Shown here piece after piece: positions 1 through 9,389 of a stretch of DNA of 64,000 nt. Origin of the DNA: Escherichia phage vB_EcoM_SA21RB. Both the position numbers and the translations under genes were made by a program. The first letter of the stretch is position 1. Each line of letters begins with the position of its first letter. The notes under the pieces are model-generated. The model saw only the letters and a program-made list of their open reading frames with translations, was not told the DNA's origin and ran no database searches. The DNA lies in sequence record OL960580. One strand, 5' to 3'.

Positions 1-58
1 CATGTTTTTCCTCCATAGAGATTATACTCTAATAAATTAAAGCATAATCTCTTATAAA

Positions 59-1741
59 TTAAACCATTACAGTAAATCGACCAACTTTCTTCATTTGAAG
101 ATGCTGACCATATGCTTGTGGGTCATGGTCTCTATGCGAAATAACAAAAACGTTAGTATTTTTTAAACTATCTAAAATAGTTGAAATAGCTTTTACACCT
201 TCAACATCGGTCGCTGAATCAAAAACTTCATCAAGAATTAATGTGTTTATTTTAACACCTGAAACTTTTTCAGCAATATCACGCCAAGTAAATAAAAGAG
301 CAATATCAATTCGTGCTTTTTCACCTTGACTAAATGAAGCATAACTAAAATCTTCACGACCACGGGATTTAATTGTCTCATTAAATTCTTCATCTAATGT
401 AAACACATAATCCGCTTCCATTATTTTAAGATAATGGTTAATCTGCTTATTAAATAATGGAATGTACTTTTTAATAATAGCACCTTTAATACCAGAATCT
501 TTGAGCATATCAGTCAAAATTCCTCTGTGGTATTTTTCCATTACTAAATTAGTTTTTGTCTTAACAATTTTATCAAGTTCTTCTTGAAGCAGTGCTATTT
601 CATCAGCATGGTCAATAAACTCAGATGATGCTTTTTCTATAGCCGCTTTAACTTTTTTAGCTTTATCTACCGTCGTGATTAAGGATTGCTTTTTATTGCG
701 AATATCATTTGCCAACGTCTGCTGGGTTTTAATATTATCTCGGTATTCGTCAACAAGAACTTTTAAATTATCACGATGTGTTGAAAGCTGTTCAAATGAA
801 TGCGTGCATTCAGAAACTTTATCTTTAATTTTAGAAACAACTTTATCACCGGAACTTAATTGTGACAAACAGGTTGGACATAATCCACCTTCGTGATACA
901 TATTAATGACTTTATTATACGAGTCAATTTTTGATTTAATTAAAAATGCTTCTTGACCGATTTTATTAAATGCATCAGTCGGGTCTTCATCCAAAACAAT
1001 ATTAACTAATCTTTCATTAGCTTCTTCTATTTCCGATTTTAGCGTTCTAGCTTCTTTTGCCAAATCATCATACATATTCTGTAGACGAGTAAGGTTATCA
1101 CCTGTTAATTTTTTCTGACGTTCAACGTTATCATTATATATTTTAATTTGTTGGATAATACTATCTTTTTTAACATCAAGCACTTGGTTTTGTGAATTTA
1201 ATTCACGTATTAGTGCTTTATTAAGCTTATCCATTTCAGCTAATGTTCCTACCTCAAGCAGGTCTTCCACAAGCTTTCTTCGCGCAGGGGTCGACAAACC
1301 CATGAAAGGGGTATACCCTGCTGTACCAAGGACAACAATCTGCTTGAAACTGGCATATGACATTCCGATAAGCTGTTCAAATTCTGCTTGGAAATCTTTA
1401 CTGCTGGCAGATTCATTAAGACGTGTACCGTTAACGGTGATTTCGAAAACGTTTGGTTTTTGTCCTCTTTTGATATAGTACTTTTTCTCATCATATTCCA
1501 TCCACAGTTCAACTAAAAGTTCTTTCTTATTTGTGCTGTTTATTAATTGGCCTTTCTTTACATCACGAAATGGCTTGCCAAAAAGCCCAAATGTGATGGC
1601 TTCTAACATAGTAGACTTACCACCGCCATTTCGTCCAGTAATAAGAGTTTTTTGAACCTTATCTAGTTGAATGTCAATAGGATTTCCACCTACTGACATT
1701 ATATTTTGATACCTAACTCGATTTAGTTTAAAATTCTTCAC
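59..1741 (-). CDS. 46: recombination endonuclease subunit gp46 (SbcC/Rad50-like ATPase)
   Basis: 560-aa ORF; N-terminal Walker A GRNGGGKST, long coiled-coil centre, C-terminal LILDEVFD Walker B; same length and position as T4 gene 46. Confidence 0.92.
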   Translation of the reverse strand: MKNFKLNRVRYQNIMSVGGNPIDIQLDKVQKTLITGRNGGGKSTMLEAITFGLFGKPFRDVKKGQLINSTNKKELLVELWMEYDEKKYYIKRGQKPNVFEITVNGTRLNESASSKDFQAEFEQLIGMSYASFKQIVVLGTAGYTPFMGLSTPARRKLVEDLLEVGTLAEMDKLNKALIRELNSQNQVLDVKKDSIIQQIKIYNDNVERQKKLTGDNLTRLQNMYDDLAKEARTLKSEIEEANERLVNIVLDEDPTDAFNKIGQEAFLIKSKIDSYNKVINMYHEGGLCPTCLSQLSSGDKVVSKIKDKVSECTHSFEQLSTHRDNLKVLVDEYRDNIKTQQTLANDIRNKKQSLITTVDKAKKVKAAIEKASSEFIDHADEIALLQEELDKIVKTKTNLVMEKYHRGILTDMLKDSGIKGAIIKKYIPLFNKQINHYLKIMEADYVFTLDEEFNETIKSRGREDFSYASFSQGEKARIDIALLFTWRDIAEKVSGVKINTLILDEVFDSATDVEGVKAISTILDSLKNTNVFVISHRDHDPQAYGQHLQMKKVGRFTVMV

Positions 1742-2001
1742 AAAAGATTCCTTTTAATGTATCTTTTAGACCATTCTATCATATCATCATAATCTAAAAA
1801 GTATTCATCAAATTCAGCCATGCAAACAACACCTTGTGCTGCTTTTGATGTGATATAAATTATTCCAACATATCTAGAATCTTCTTCGGTGTAATCAATA
1901 TTTGCTATGAATTCATCGTTAATGTCAAATGTCGAAAACTTCACAGTATGCATCCTTAATACAAGATACAGCCATATCTTGTAATGATTTAGGTGTGTCA
2001 T
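1738..2001 (-). CDS. hypothetical small protein between genes 47 and 46
   Basis: 87-aa ORF, 4-nt overlap with gp46 start (translational coupling); no motif recognised. Confidence 0.45.
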   Translation of the reverse strand: MTHLNHYKIWLYLVLRMHTVKFSTFDINDEFIANIDYTEEDSRYVGIIYITSKAAQGVVCMAEFDEYFLDYDDMIEWSKRYIKRNLL

Positions 2002-2188
2002 TATCTAAAATGTTGAAGTTAAAAGATACAGCCCAGTCAGTGCAGACCGTAACCTTTTTAATACAATTATCTTCAACCTCTAACGGTTCAAACCAATATT
2101 CAATAATTTCTTTATGACCAATATCATCTTTTACTTCGCATTCAAAATGCTGGCTCATCATAACATTTTTAAATTCATCAAAAGTCAT
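1925..2188 (-). CDS. hypothetical small protein between genes 47 and 46
   Basis: 87-aa ORF overlapping gp47 stop by 4 nt; overlaps next ORF so true start may be internal. Confidence 0.4.
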   Translation of the reverse strand: MTFDEFKNVMMSQHFECEVKDDIGHKEIIEYWFEPLEVEDNCIKKVTVCTDWAVSFNFNILDNDTPKSLQDMAVSCIKDAYCEVFDI

Positions 2189-3204
2189 TGTGTTGCCTCT
2201 ACATATAACTGATTTGCATATTGAATAAGTGCTTCGCGGTCAGAATCAGTGATGTCTGGAATTGCATTAATGTATTCTTCCATCAACGTCTGAAGAGATT
2301 GAACTTCAACTTCTTCACTATCATCTGACTCGACAGAGTTATCAATCTTTGACACAACTCGTAATGAATGCACAACTTTTTCTAGTTCAGATTCGAACTT
2401 CGTCAGATTTTTGTCTACCTCAGTTACTATAACACGTACTGATAGATTTGTAAAATCTTTATAGTCAATTTTTCCCTTAAATGGATATTGAATTCGACGA
2501 TGCCAGGTAGTGTTGTTTGGAATAAATTCCATTCGTTCTGTTTCTGTATCAAACACCCAGAACCCACGAGGGTCATTCTCGTCACCTGCAGTTAGTGTCC
2601 ATGGTGTCCCAATATATCTGACGTTAGCAGCCTCAGAGATAGTATGGAAGTGACCAGACCACACCTCTTTATAAGTCTTAAGGAAATCAGGTTCAAGACC
2701 GTGAGATTTCATTCCTTTATAAAAATAAAATCCATTCAGTTCCCAGTGACCAACACAAAAAGAAGCAGATGAAGTTTTGATGTGTTCAAGAATTTCACCA
2801 GTATTTTCTTCGCACATCCAAGGAATTAAATCAATCAAACATCCGTCAAAATCTACTGTAGTAGGCTTATCATATACTTTAACATTAGGATATTTAGCCA
2901 AAAGCTCAGTAGAAGCATTTGGAGTTAAAGTATTTTTAAAGTGCATATCATGGTTTCCTACAACAGTATGCAGGGTAATACCAGCATCATCAAGCATTTG
3001 AACTATTTCACGGGCGAACTCCATAGTTTTATGCGTGATTGCTTTTCGCACATCAAAAATATCGCCGTATTGAATCCATGTAGTAATTCCATTTTTCTTA
3101 GAATATTCTATTGCTTGTTTAATTCCATCCAACTGAATGGATTGAATCCACTCATCATCGGCTTTAACACCTAAATGCCAATCACCTAAATTTAAAATTT
3201 TCAT
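2185..3204 (-). CDS. 47: recombination endonuclease subunit gp47 (SbcD/Mre11-like phosphoesterase)
   Basis: 339 aa; N-terminal MKILNLGDWHLG and GDIFD/GNHD calcineurin-like phosphoesterase motifs; immediately upstream of gp46. Confidence 0.92.
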   Translation of the reverse strand: MKILNLGDWHLGVKADDEWIQSIQLDGIKQAIEYSKKNGITTWIQYGDIFDVRKAITHKTMEFAREIVQMLDDAGITLHTVVGNHDMHFKNTLTPNASTELLAKYPNVKVYDKPTTVDFDGCLIDLIPWMCEENTGEILEHIKTSSASFCVGHWELNGFYFYKGMKSHGLEPDFLKTYKEVWSGHFHTISEAANVRYIGTPWTLTAGDENDPRGFWVFDTETERMEFIPNNTTWHRRIQYPFKGKIDYKDFTNLSVRVIVTEVDKNLTKFESELEKVVHSLRVVSKIDNSVESDDSEEVEVQSLQTLMEEYINAIPDITDSDREALIQYANQLYVEATQ

Positions 3205-3364
3205 ATATCAAGAACCGTCATTGAAATGCAAAATAAAATTATTGAAATAAACCCATCTGGTGTGCTAAAGAACCCAATCCAACATGCTCTAGTGAATAGA
3301 TAAAACGCAAGAAAAAGTATCACATATCCAAGAAATATCATTATATCAAACTCCGTATAAAGCT

Positions 3365-3382
3365 AAAGGGCCGAAGCCCTTT
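3365..3382 (-). terminator. hairpin terminator after a-gt
   Basis: GGGC-CGAA-GCCC stem-loop overlapping the a-gt stop; weak U-tract. Confidence 0.45.
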
Positions 3383-4583
3383 ATTTTGTAATAATGTCAA
3401 ACTGCTCTTTAAAGCAGAAGCTTGAATCTTGATGCTGATACAAAAATTCATATGCTTTTTCTCGCTCACGATCATAAAGAGCTCGGTCAGATGACAGTTC
3501 TTTAATACGTTCAAATGTTGATTCCATATCATTTTCATCAAACCAAATGATACCGCTATCATGCGAGGTCAAAGGAGTATTATCAACACGGAATTTTAAA
3601 TTTTCGCCAGTAGATTTCCAAAATACCGGAATTGTTCCACATGCACCAAGCTCGAGATGAGTATATTCTAAAGAACGTTGTAGATATTTTTTATCTAATT
3701 TACTCAGCTGATAACCAAATCCGGATTTACTCATGCGTTCAAGCATTTCGCTATTTACATAACGGTCGAGAATTTGCGTTGGCAAATTAGGAGCAATTTT
3801 AATTTGGTCTACTTGATGAAGACGATAATACTCGTATGGAATTCCTTTTTCTTTAATAGGAATGAATGCTGGAGAACGTTCCAGACCTTCCATAATAGTA
3901 CTTAGTCCTGCAGGTTTAAGATGTTTTTCGTGAAAATCAAACATCTGATAAAAGCCTTTCCATGTAGTAGTACGACCAATCCAACGGTTGATATTCATGT
4001 TAATTTCAGAAACATCTTTCCAGTAAGTTGATCGAACCTTCGCAATATCCATAGGAGGCTGGAAGTTATATACGGTCGGTGCTTCTTCAATATCATCAAA
4101 CAGAGAAACAGTTTCCGGATACCATTCTTTCATCAGAACTTTATTAAAATCACCATTATCAGAATGACTAAAAATAACATCAGCTCGACGAACAGTTTCT
4201 TCTAATCCCAAATTTCGACGTAAAGAAAGAGAAGAATGGTCATGTTGATAAACTACAACACGAACCGAAGGTTTAATGTTATCAATAATTTTTTTATAGT
4301 TATTAATTGTGTCTTCTTCGACTGAAGTAGCAGGAACTGAATTGATAATTAGAATATCACAATCATTTACCAGCTTAAGTGTTTTATCGTATTCTTTTGC
4401 CAATAAAACCGGAATTGAAAATGACTTATAATCATGCGCGCAATTACGAGTAAATGATTTATCTTTAGCATAAACCAAAGTTACTTCATGACCATTTTTA
4501 ATAAACCAATCACGCTGCTCAAGAGAAAATTTAGTTACGCCACAACCTTCAAGACCTCGAGCCATAAAAATGCATACTTTCAT
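3381..4583 (-). CDS. a-gt: DNA alpha-glucosyltransferase
   Basis: 400 aa, T4 alpha-GT length; sequence recognisably T-even alpha-glucosyltransferase; position 47 / a-gt / 55. Confidence 0.85.
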   Translation of the reverse strand: MKVCIFMARGLEGCGVTKFSLEQRDWFIKNGHEVTLVYAKDKSFTRNCAHDYKSFSIPVLLAKEYDKTLKLVNDCDILIINSVPATSVEEDTINNYKKIIDNIKPSVRVVVYQHDHSSLSLRRNLGLEETVRRADVIFSHSDNGDFNKVLMKEWYPETVSLFDDIEEAPTVYNFQPPMDIAKVRSTYWKDVSEINMNINRWIGRTTTWKGFYQMFDFHEKHLKPAGLSTIMEGLERSPAFIPIKEKGIPYEYYRLHQVDQIKIAPNLPTQILDRYVNSEMLERMSKSGFGYQLSKLDKKYLQRSLEYTHLELGACGTIPVFWKSTGENLKFRVDNTPLTSHDSGIIWFDENDMESTFERIKELSSDRALYDREREKAYEFLYQHQDSSFCFKEQFDIITK

Positions 4584-4998
4584 TTAATATCCTCATTGTT
4601 TTGGTTTATTTTACCAAAAATTTATAAAGCAATATAGGAGCCGAAGCTCCTATCCGCATAATACACCATACAGAGGCTCATTAGAGCTTCTAAATTTTAT
4701 ACGCTTATATGTTATAGTTCCTTCTGCTTTAGCTTTATCATGAGATTCTTTAAAGCGTCTCATCATTTCTACTTTAGAGGAACGAATTTTATTATAATCT
4801 ATTTCACAAGTCTGGGCGTTCATCTTTCACAGCTGCCACCATTTTTTGACTTGATAGGAATCAACCCACACTTTCATATTAGGGTCTGCTCTTACAATAG
4901 GAGGATTAACTTCTTTAATTGAACTATCGTGGTATTCTTTTTCAGAAATTTTCACACAAAGATGACCATTCAAAGATTCAGTAAATCCTGCATTAATT

Positions 4999-5316
4999 TT
5001 AAGACGCTTGAATTTTACGTGTGTAAGCATCAATCATATCCTCAATCTGTGATCTAGTAGTCTTCCAAAGAATACTAATGAGTTCATCGTTATATGGCTG
5101 TTTTAGAATATCCCGACTTTTCTTGATAGCATATTCGTATTGAGCAAAATTATTGTTTTCAGCTGCAATCTGAGCGTGCTTATAAAGACGATTCAGTTCG
5201 CGTTTGTTTTTAGACAATAACTTATTTGCTTTTCTTTCTGCTTCAAGACGGTTCTTTTCTTCAATAGAAGAAATAAGCTTTTCCACTTCATCATTAATTT
5301 CGGGTTTATCAGTCAT
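4999..5316 (-). CDS. hypothetical protein
   Basis: 105-aa lysine-rich ORF between gene 55 and a-gt; no motif recognised. Confidence 0.45.
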   Translation of the reverse strand: MTDKPEINDEVEKLISSIEEKNRLEAERKANKLLSKNKRELNRLYKHAQIAAENNNFAQYEYAIKKSRDILKQPYNDELISILWKTTRSQIEDMIDAYTRKIQAS

Positions 5317-5317
5317 A

Positions 5318-5536
5318 TTATTTCTCTAATATAAAATAAAAATCATCATCTGTTAAATGATACCGATAGTTTAATTCTACACCATTAGATTTAAAAGCGG
5401 TATCATACGGATTTTCTGGATCAATATCAATGTCAAGAGCTAAAACTTCCCTGAGATACATTTTAAGTAAATAGGGAATAGCTTCAACTTCAGGTATTTC
5501 TTCCAAGAATCCGGAGAGGTTAATCGTTAGCCTCAT
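5318..5536 (-). CDS. hypothetical protein
   Basis: 72-aa ORF tightly packed downstream of gene 55. Confidence 0.45.
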
Positions 5537-6077
5537 ATAAAAAATCCAAACTAGGAGAATCGTCTACAACACTTTTCTTTTCAGCCCCCGGTGTTCTATA
5601 GGTTGATTCTTCGTAATGCGTCATTTTATCGTAGATGTCTTGAATAAAAGTTTCATCTACTAACGCAACCATATCGTCGTCACGACTGTCATAGACATTG
5701 TGAACGAAGTAACTATATTTCTTTGCAACTTCCTTACGTTCTTTTTTAATACGTTGGACGAATGCATTAAAACAAGCTTGAGTTATATATGCATGTGGGT
5801 TTTTATATTTCGTTTCATCAAAATTATGAAGCCCCTTAATAGAAGCTTCTATACCATCTGCAATCATTTCTTGTTTCCAAGATTGGGTGTATCCTGAAAA
5901 GTTGAAACGTTTAGATAAGCCTTCTGCAATAAGCATAATGGCTAATCCGATAGTATCATTCTGACGAACTACTTTATTTGGGTCTTTATTATTTGCTAAT
6001 TCTGTTTTCCAATCAATAATAGCTTGTAAAAGCTCTTTATTGTTTACGTAATTATATTTAGGCTTAGTTTCTGACAT
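5520..6077 (-). CDS. 55: late-transcription sigma factor gp55
   Basis: 185 aa from ATG at 6077 (track ORF starts 2 codons earlier at GTG); sequence [23 protein letters not shown] matches T4 gp55. Confidence 0.92.
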
Positions 6078-6155
6078 TTTCACCTCTTAGCTCAATTCAT
6101 AGATCTATTATATCATAATATTTGAAGATCTATCTTAAAGCATAGAGGATATCAG

Positions 6156-6425
6156 TTATCTAAGTAAGCAGTATGCTTGAAACACTTTCTCCATCATCTT
6201 TTTAAATTCGTGAATATCTATATAATGACTAGTTAAATCAGCATGATATAAAAAGTCTAAAAACTTTTCATGTGTGCTAGCATATTCACTTTCATTTAAT
6301 TCAGAAACATGGCTTTCCCAATACCCAACACCAGTCTTATTTGGGAAAAATGAAATTTTCATGCATTGATCAACATAGAAAATGCCATAATTTTCAATAG
6401 TAATAGAAATATTAATAAATTTCAT
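6156..6425 (-). CDS. hypothetical protein
   Basis: 89-aa ORF in the early block upstream of gene 55. Confidence 0.45.
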   Translation of the reverse strand: MKFINISITIENYGIFYVDQCMKISFFPNKTGVGYWESHVSELNESEYASTHEKFLDFLYHADLTSHYIDIHEFKKMMEKVFQAYCLLR

Positions 6426-6637
6426 GCATTCATCAACTTAGCCGCTCCAAGAGCTGCATCTAGTGAATCAAATTGGTCAACGTATTCAATCAATTCGCCG
6501 TAATTGGCATATAACCACCATTGGCTAAATTCATACTCAAGGATGAATCCATTTCCTTCAATTTGAGTTAAACCATTGCCGTTTGTATTTACTTCATACC
6601 CAGCGAGACGCAAATCGTTAATAAGAGCTTCGTTCAT
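6422..6637 (-). CDS. hypothetical protein
   Basis: 71-aa ORF, 4-nt overlap with downstream ORF. Confidence 0.45.
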   Translation of the reverse strand: MNEALINDLRLAGYEVNTNGNGLTQIEGNGFILEYEFSQWWLYANYGELIEYVDQFDSLDAALGAAKLMNA

Positions 6638-6639
6638 AA

Positions 6640-6966
6640 TTATACCTTAGTAATTTTCAGGTCTGCAAATTTTTTCTTGCGTTGATTTTTCATGCGACGA
6701 ATAGTTTTATCGGAAATTTCATGCTTTTGATAAGCTTTAGATTCTACACCAAAAGCTTTAACATCAAATTCTGACAAGATATATTGAACCAACAATTCAC
6801 GGATAGTATTACGTCCAATCTTCTGATCATTCTGTTTCATCGTCTGATGAAGCTCTTTTTCCCATTTATCCAAAATTTGAGGAGTTACAATATCGCCTTT
6901 TTCTAGCAAAGAAACTACTTTATCATATGCGTAAGAATTGATGGCGTTTTTAATTTGAATAGTCAT
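6640..6966 (-). CDS. hypothetical protein
   Basis: 108-aa ORF; basic C-terminus. Confidence 0.45.
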   Translation of the reverse strand: MTIQIKNAINSYAYDKVVSLLEKGDIVTPQILDKWEKELHQTMKQNDQKIGRNTIRELLVQYILSEFDVKAFGVESKAYQKHEISDKTIRRMKNQRKKKFADLKITKV

Positions 6967-7002
6967 ACATTATCCTCAATTACGTTAAAATTTTATTATC
7001 CA

Positions 7003-7019
7003 AAAAGGGCCGAAGCCCT
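7003..7019 (-). terminator. rho-independent terminator
   Basis: minus strand GGGCTTCGGCCC followed by TTTTT. Confidence 0.65.
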
Positions 7020-7219
7020 TAGCTAAACTTTTTGGCACCCTTCCAGCCTTCATACATCATTGCGGCTGATATTAATATTGCTCCTGAGCAACTTGAATAT
7101 TTGTGATTCCAAAACCAGTTTAGAAAAACTTCGTCATCAATACCTTGGGCTATCATATTTTCAAAGAACTGACGACGAGCTTCGGCAATTCGCTGCGATA
7201 ATTTAGATTCAGGATTCAT
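7019..7219 (-). CDS. hypothetical protein
   Basis: 66-aa ORF ending in a hairpin terminator. Confidence 0.4.
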   Translation of the reverse strand: MNPESKLSQRIAEARRQFFENMIAQGIDDEVFLNWFWNHKYSSCSGAILISAAMMYEGWKGAKKFS

Positions 7220-7358
7220 TTAAATTTTCCAGTTACCATTTTCATCAATAAATTTAATCCAGTCATTTACTGACCACTTAGTTGTATCACCTTTTGGAGT
7301 AACATTTAAAGTGTATAACCCCTGCTTAAAAAGCACTCGTTTGATATTCATATTTTCC

Positions 7359-7652
7359 TCAGCTGTAACGATAACACTCGTTTGATTTACGTTTAGCAAC
7401 TCGTTGAGAAGTATTATAATCAAAATCATCGTCAATGTAAACTGATTTTTTCAACTTTCTTACTTCACCGCGTAATTGACGATTTAGCTCATCTTTAACT
7501 TCTGAATCAATACCTTTCATTCTACGCCATTTATCTGAGCGAAAAATGTTTTCAACCATATCTTTATGACTTACACCATCAGGAGCTTTACGCTTTCCGA
7601 AATAGTCATAATCACGTACTTTTAAATCTTTACGACGATACGTTTTACCCAT
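7359..7652 (-). CDS. hypothetical basic protein
   Basis: 97 aa from ATG at 7652 (MGKTYRR...), whose start overlaps the upstream ORF stop (ATGGGTAA). Confidence 0.45.
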   Translation of the reverse strand: MGKTYRRKDLKVRDYDYFGKRKAPDGVSHKDMVENIFRSDKWRRMKGIDSEVKDELNRQLRGEVRKLKKSVYIDDDFDYNTSQRVAKRKSNECYRYS

Positions 7653-7821
7653 GGAGTTTAATTTCCTTAGCAACTGAACTAAATACAGCACGATCACAAA
7701 CCATGCGTTTGTTCCATTTAATCACAGTATAATGAACATCTAGATCATCGACTGCTGTAACAATAACGATATGTCCGTTAACACGATAGTACTGGTCAAT
7801 TTTAATCTCTTTATCAACCAT
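7645..7821 (-). CDS. hypothetical small protein
   Basis: 58-aa ORF translated by hand (MVDKEIKIDQYY...), below the track cut-off; downstream of an early promoter at about 7848-7885. Confidence 0.35.
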   Translation of the reverse strand: MVDKEIKIDQYYRVNGHIVIVTAVDDLDVHYTVIKWNKRMVCDRAVFSSVAKEIKLHG

Positions 7822-7847
7822 ATCAATTCCTCAAAGGTAATTCATAT

Positions 7848-7885
7848 GTTAATAATACCACGGTTTGAACCTGTTGTAAACAACT
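7848..7885 (-). promoter_or_regulatory. T4 early (sigma70-type) promoter
   Basis: minus strand GTTTAC(-35) ... TGGTATTAT(-10) with about 17-nt spacer. Confidence 0.6.
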
Positions 7886-7954
7886 TTGTGAAAAATATTT
7901 TAGGGAATGATAAGAAAGGAACGATAGCTTAGAATGGTAATATACAGAATGTAA

Positions 7955-7976
7955 GAAAGAAAGGCCCAGAGGGCCG
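7955..7976 (-). terminator. rho-independent terminator
   Basis: minus strand GGCCCTCTGGGCC followed by TTTCTTTC, just after the redoxin gene. Confidence 0.55.
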
Positions 7977-7978
7977 TC

Positions 7979-8302
7979 TTAATCTTCTATGATATCTCTA
8001 TCATATCCAAGTGAAATGAGAGTTTCTTTGAAGTGTTTAATGTTCTTTTGTCTAGAATCATTAATGAAAATGACTGGATAACGAATGTTAAGAGATGTGA
8101 ATCCAGCGCGTTTAGCAAGAGATACAATCAGTGGACGATCATACTCAATCTTACCATTATTAGTGAGGACTTTATAAAATGTATAAGGAGCATTGAGCTC
8201 CTTTAAAAGTTTTGTAACTGATTGACATCCAGGACAACGACCTACTTCATCTGGAATTCCATAGACTTCAATCTTATTCTTTAAGTTCGAGTTTTGTTCC
8301 AC
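7979..8302 (-). CDS. glutaredoxin/NrdH-like redoxin
   Basis: CPGC redox motif (EVGRCPGCQ) and a glutaredoxin-like length; no in-frame ATG before the motif, so start assigned to GTG at 8302 preceded by AAGGA; next to nrdG/nrdD. Confidence 0.5.
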   Translation of the reverse strand: MEQNSNLKNKIEVYGIPDEVGRCPGCQSVTKLLKELNAPYTFYKVLTNNGKIEYDRPLIVSLAKRAGFTSLNIRYPVIFINDSRQKNIKHFKETLISLGYDRDIIED

Positions 8303-8585
8303 GAGAAATAATTCCTTGGTAAGCCCAATAAGGAGGATTAACAGAATCCTCACCAGAGTTTTCTTCAGGAAAATAAACCTGGATAACAAATCCAGACGCA
8401 TCAAAGGTAAAATAAACCGTAGGTAGTTCACCTAACAATTCGGCACGAGTATTAATTTCTTCGAGATCTCGTTCACGTCCAGCCCAAAAACTAGGATTTA
8501 GACTACATTCGTAAAAATAATAGTCATTACCGAACATATCAAAACCCTTCCAACTCTCTACCACATACCGCTCAAAACTAATCAT
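8274..8585 (-). CDS. hypothetical protein
   Basis: 103-aa ORF between nrdG and the redoxin gene. Confidence 0.45.
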   Translation of the reverse strand: MISFERYVVESWKGFDMFGNDYYFYECSLNPSFWAGRERDLEEINTRAELLGELPTVYFTFDASGFVIQVYFPEENSGEDSVNPPYWAYQGIISRGTKLELKE

Positions 8586-8587
8586 AA

Positions 8588-8803
8588 TTAAGCCTTTTTA
8601 TCAAGAACAGAATTCAGCTTGTTAGTAATTTTATCCAGACGCTCATTAAACTCACTAGAAGATAAGCCCTTTTCTGGAGAAATTAAACTAATAACGAAAA
8701 ATATAGCAATAAAAGGAATAAGGAAAATAGCTCCAACTGCCATAAACAGAAAGAATGTTACAGTTGTAAGAAAATCAGCTAAACCTTTACGAAATTTATA
8801 CAT
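8588..8803 (-). CDS. small membrane protein
   Basis: 71 aa with one strongly hydrophobic segment (FFLFMAVGAIFLIPFIAIFFVISLI). Confidence 0.45.
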   Translation of the reverse strand: MYKFRKGLADFLTTVTFFLFMAVGAIFLIPFIAIFFVISLISPEKGLSSSEFNERLDKITNKLNSVLDKKA

Positions 8804-8918
8804 ATTTTACCCTTAATTAATTAACAAAGCATTGATAAGTACTAAACTATATTGGGAATAAAATTCTGGACCAAAATGAAAAATCATATCATTTATAGTG
8901 TCCATAATATAATTCAAT

Positions 8919-9389
8919 TTAATCATGTTTCCACACCCCATCGGTATTTGACCAAAGTCGCTGATTATCTGATCCTCTCCACAGCTTTTTGGTAGGAAGA
9001 TTTTTCTCATACTTCCCATCAATAATAACATCAACATATTTAAGCATTTCTAGTTGTTTAATATCTTCAAATTTATATCCTGTCCACAACCAAATGCTTT
9101 TATTTGGATAAAGATTTTTTACTGTTTGAACAATGCAATGAACAACATCTCTGTTATCAGGATAAAGAGGGTCACCCCCAGTTATAGTTAATCCTTCTAT
9201 ATAATCATTATTTAAACATTCAATTAATTGTTCTAGTGTTTCACCAGTGAATGGAACGCCATTTCTAGCATTCCATGTTGATTTATTATAACATCCTTCA
9301 CATTTATGCAAACATCCCGTAACGAAAAGAACGACCCTGCATCCAGGGCCATTCACAAAATCACAGGGATAAAATCTATCGTAATTCAT
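8919..9389 (-). CDS. nrdG: anaerobic ribonucleotide reductase activating protein (radical SAM)
   Basis: 156 aa; CxxxCxxC radical-SAM cluster motif (GCLHKCEGC); 4-nt overlap with nrdD. Confidence 0.9.
   Translation of the reverse strand: MNYDRFYPCDFVNGPGCRVVLFVTGCLHKCEGCYNKSTWNARNGVPFTGETLEQLIECLNNDYIEGLTITGGDPLYPDNRDVVHCIVQTVKNLYPNKSIWLWTGYKFEDIKQLEMLKYVDVIIDGKYEKNLPTKKLWRGSDNQRLWSNTDGVWKHD

Noticed and set aside
675-1512. ORFs 675-896 (+) and 1249-1512 (-) inside gene 46
   Set aside because: They lie entirely within the well-supported gp46 reading frame (antisense or alternate frame) and have low-complexity products; treated as chance ORFs.
2777-3174. Plus-strand ORFs 2777-3001 and 2941-3174 inside gene 47
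   Set aside because: Antisense to a conserved phosphoesterase gene; no start signals or motifs.
4631-4653. GGAGC-CGAA-GCTCC hairpin upstream of a-gt as a terminator
   Set aside because: No U-tract follows on the minus strand, and it sits in the a-gt leader; more likely an RNA structure or processing site than a terminator, so not annotated.
7979-8431. Full 150-aa track ORF for the redoxin gene
   Set aside because: The first 45 residues are low-complexity and overlap the upstream gene by 158 nt in another frame; only the CPGC domain is credible, so the start was moved to GTG 8302.
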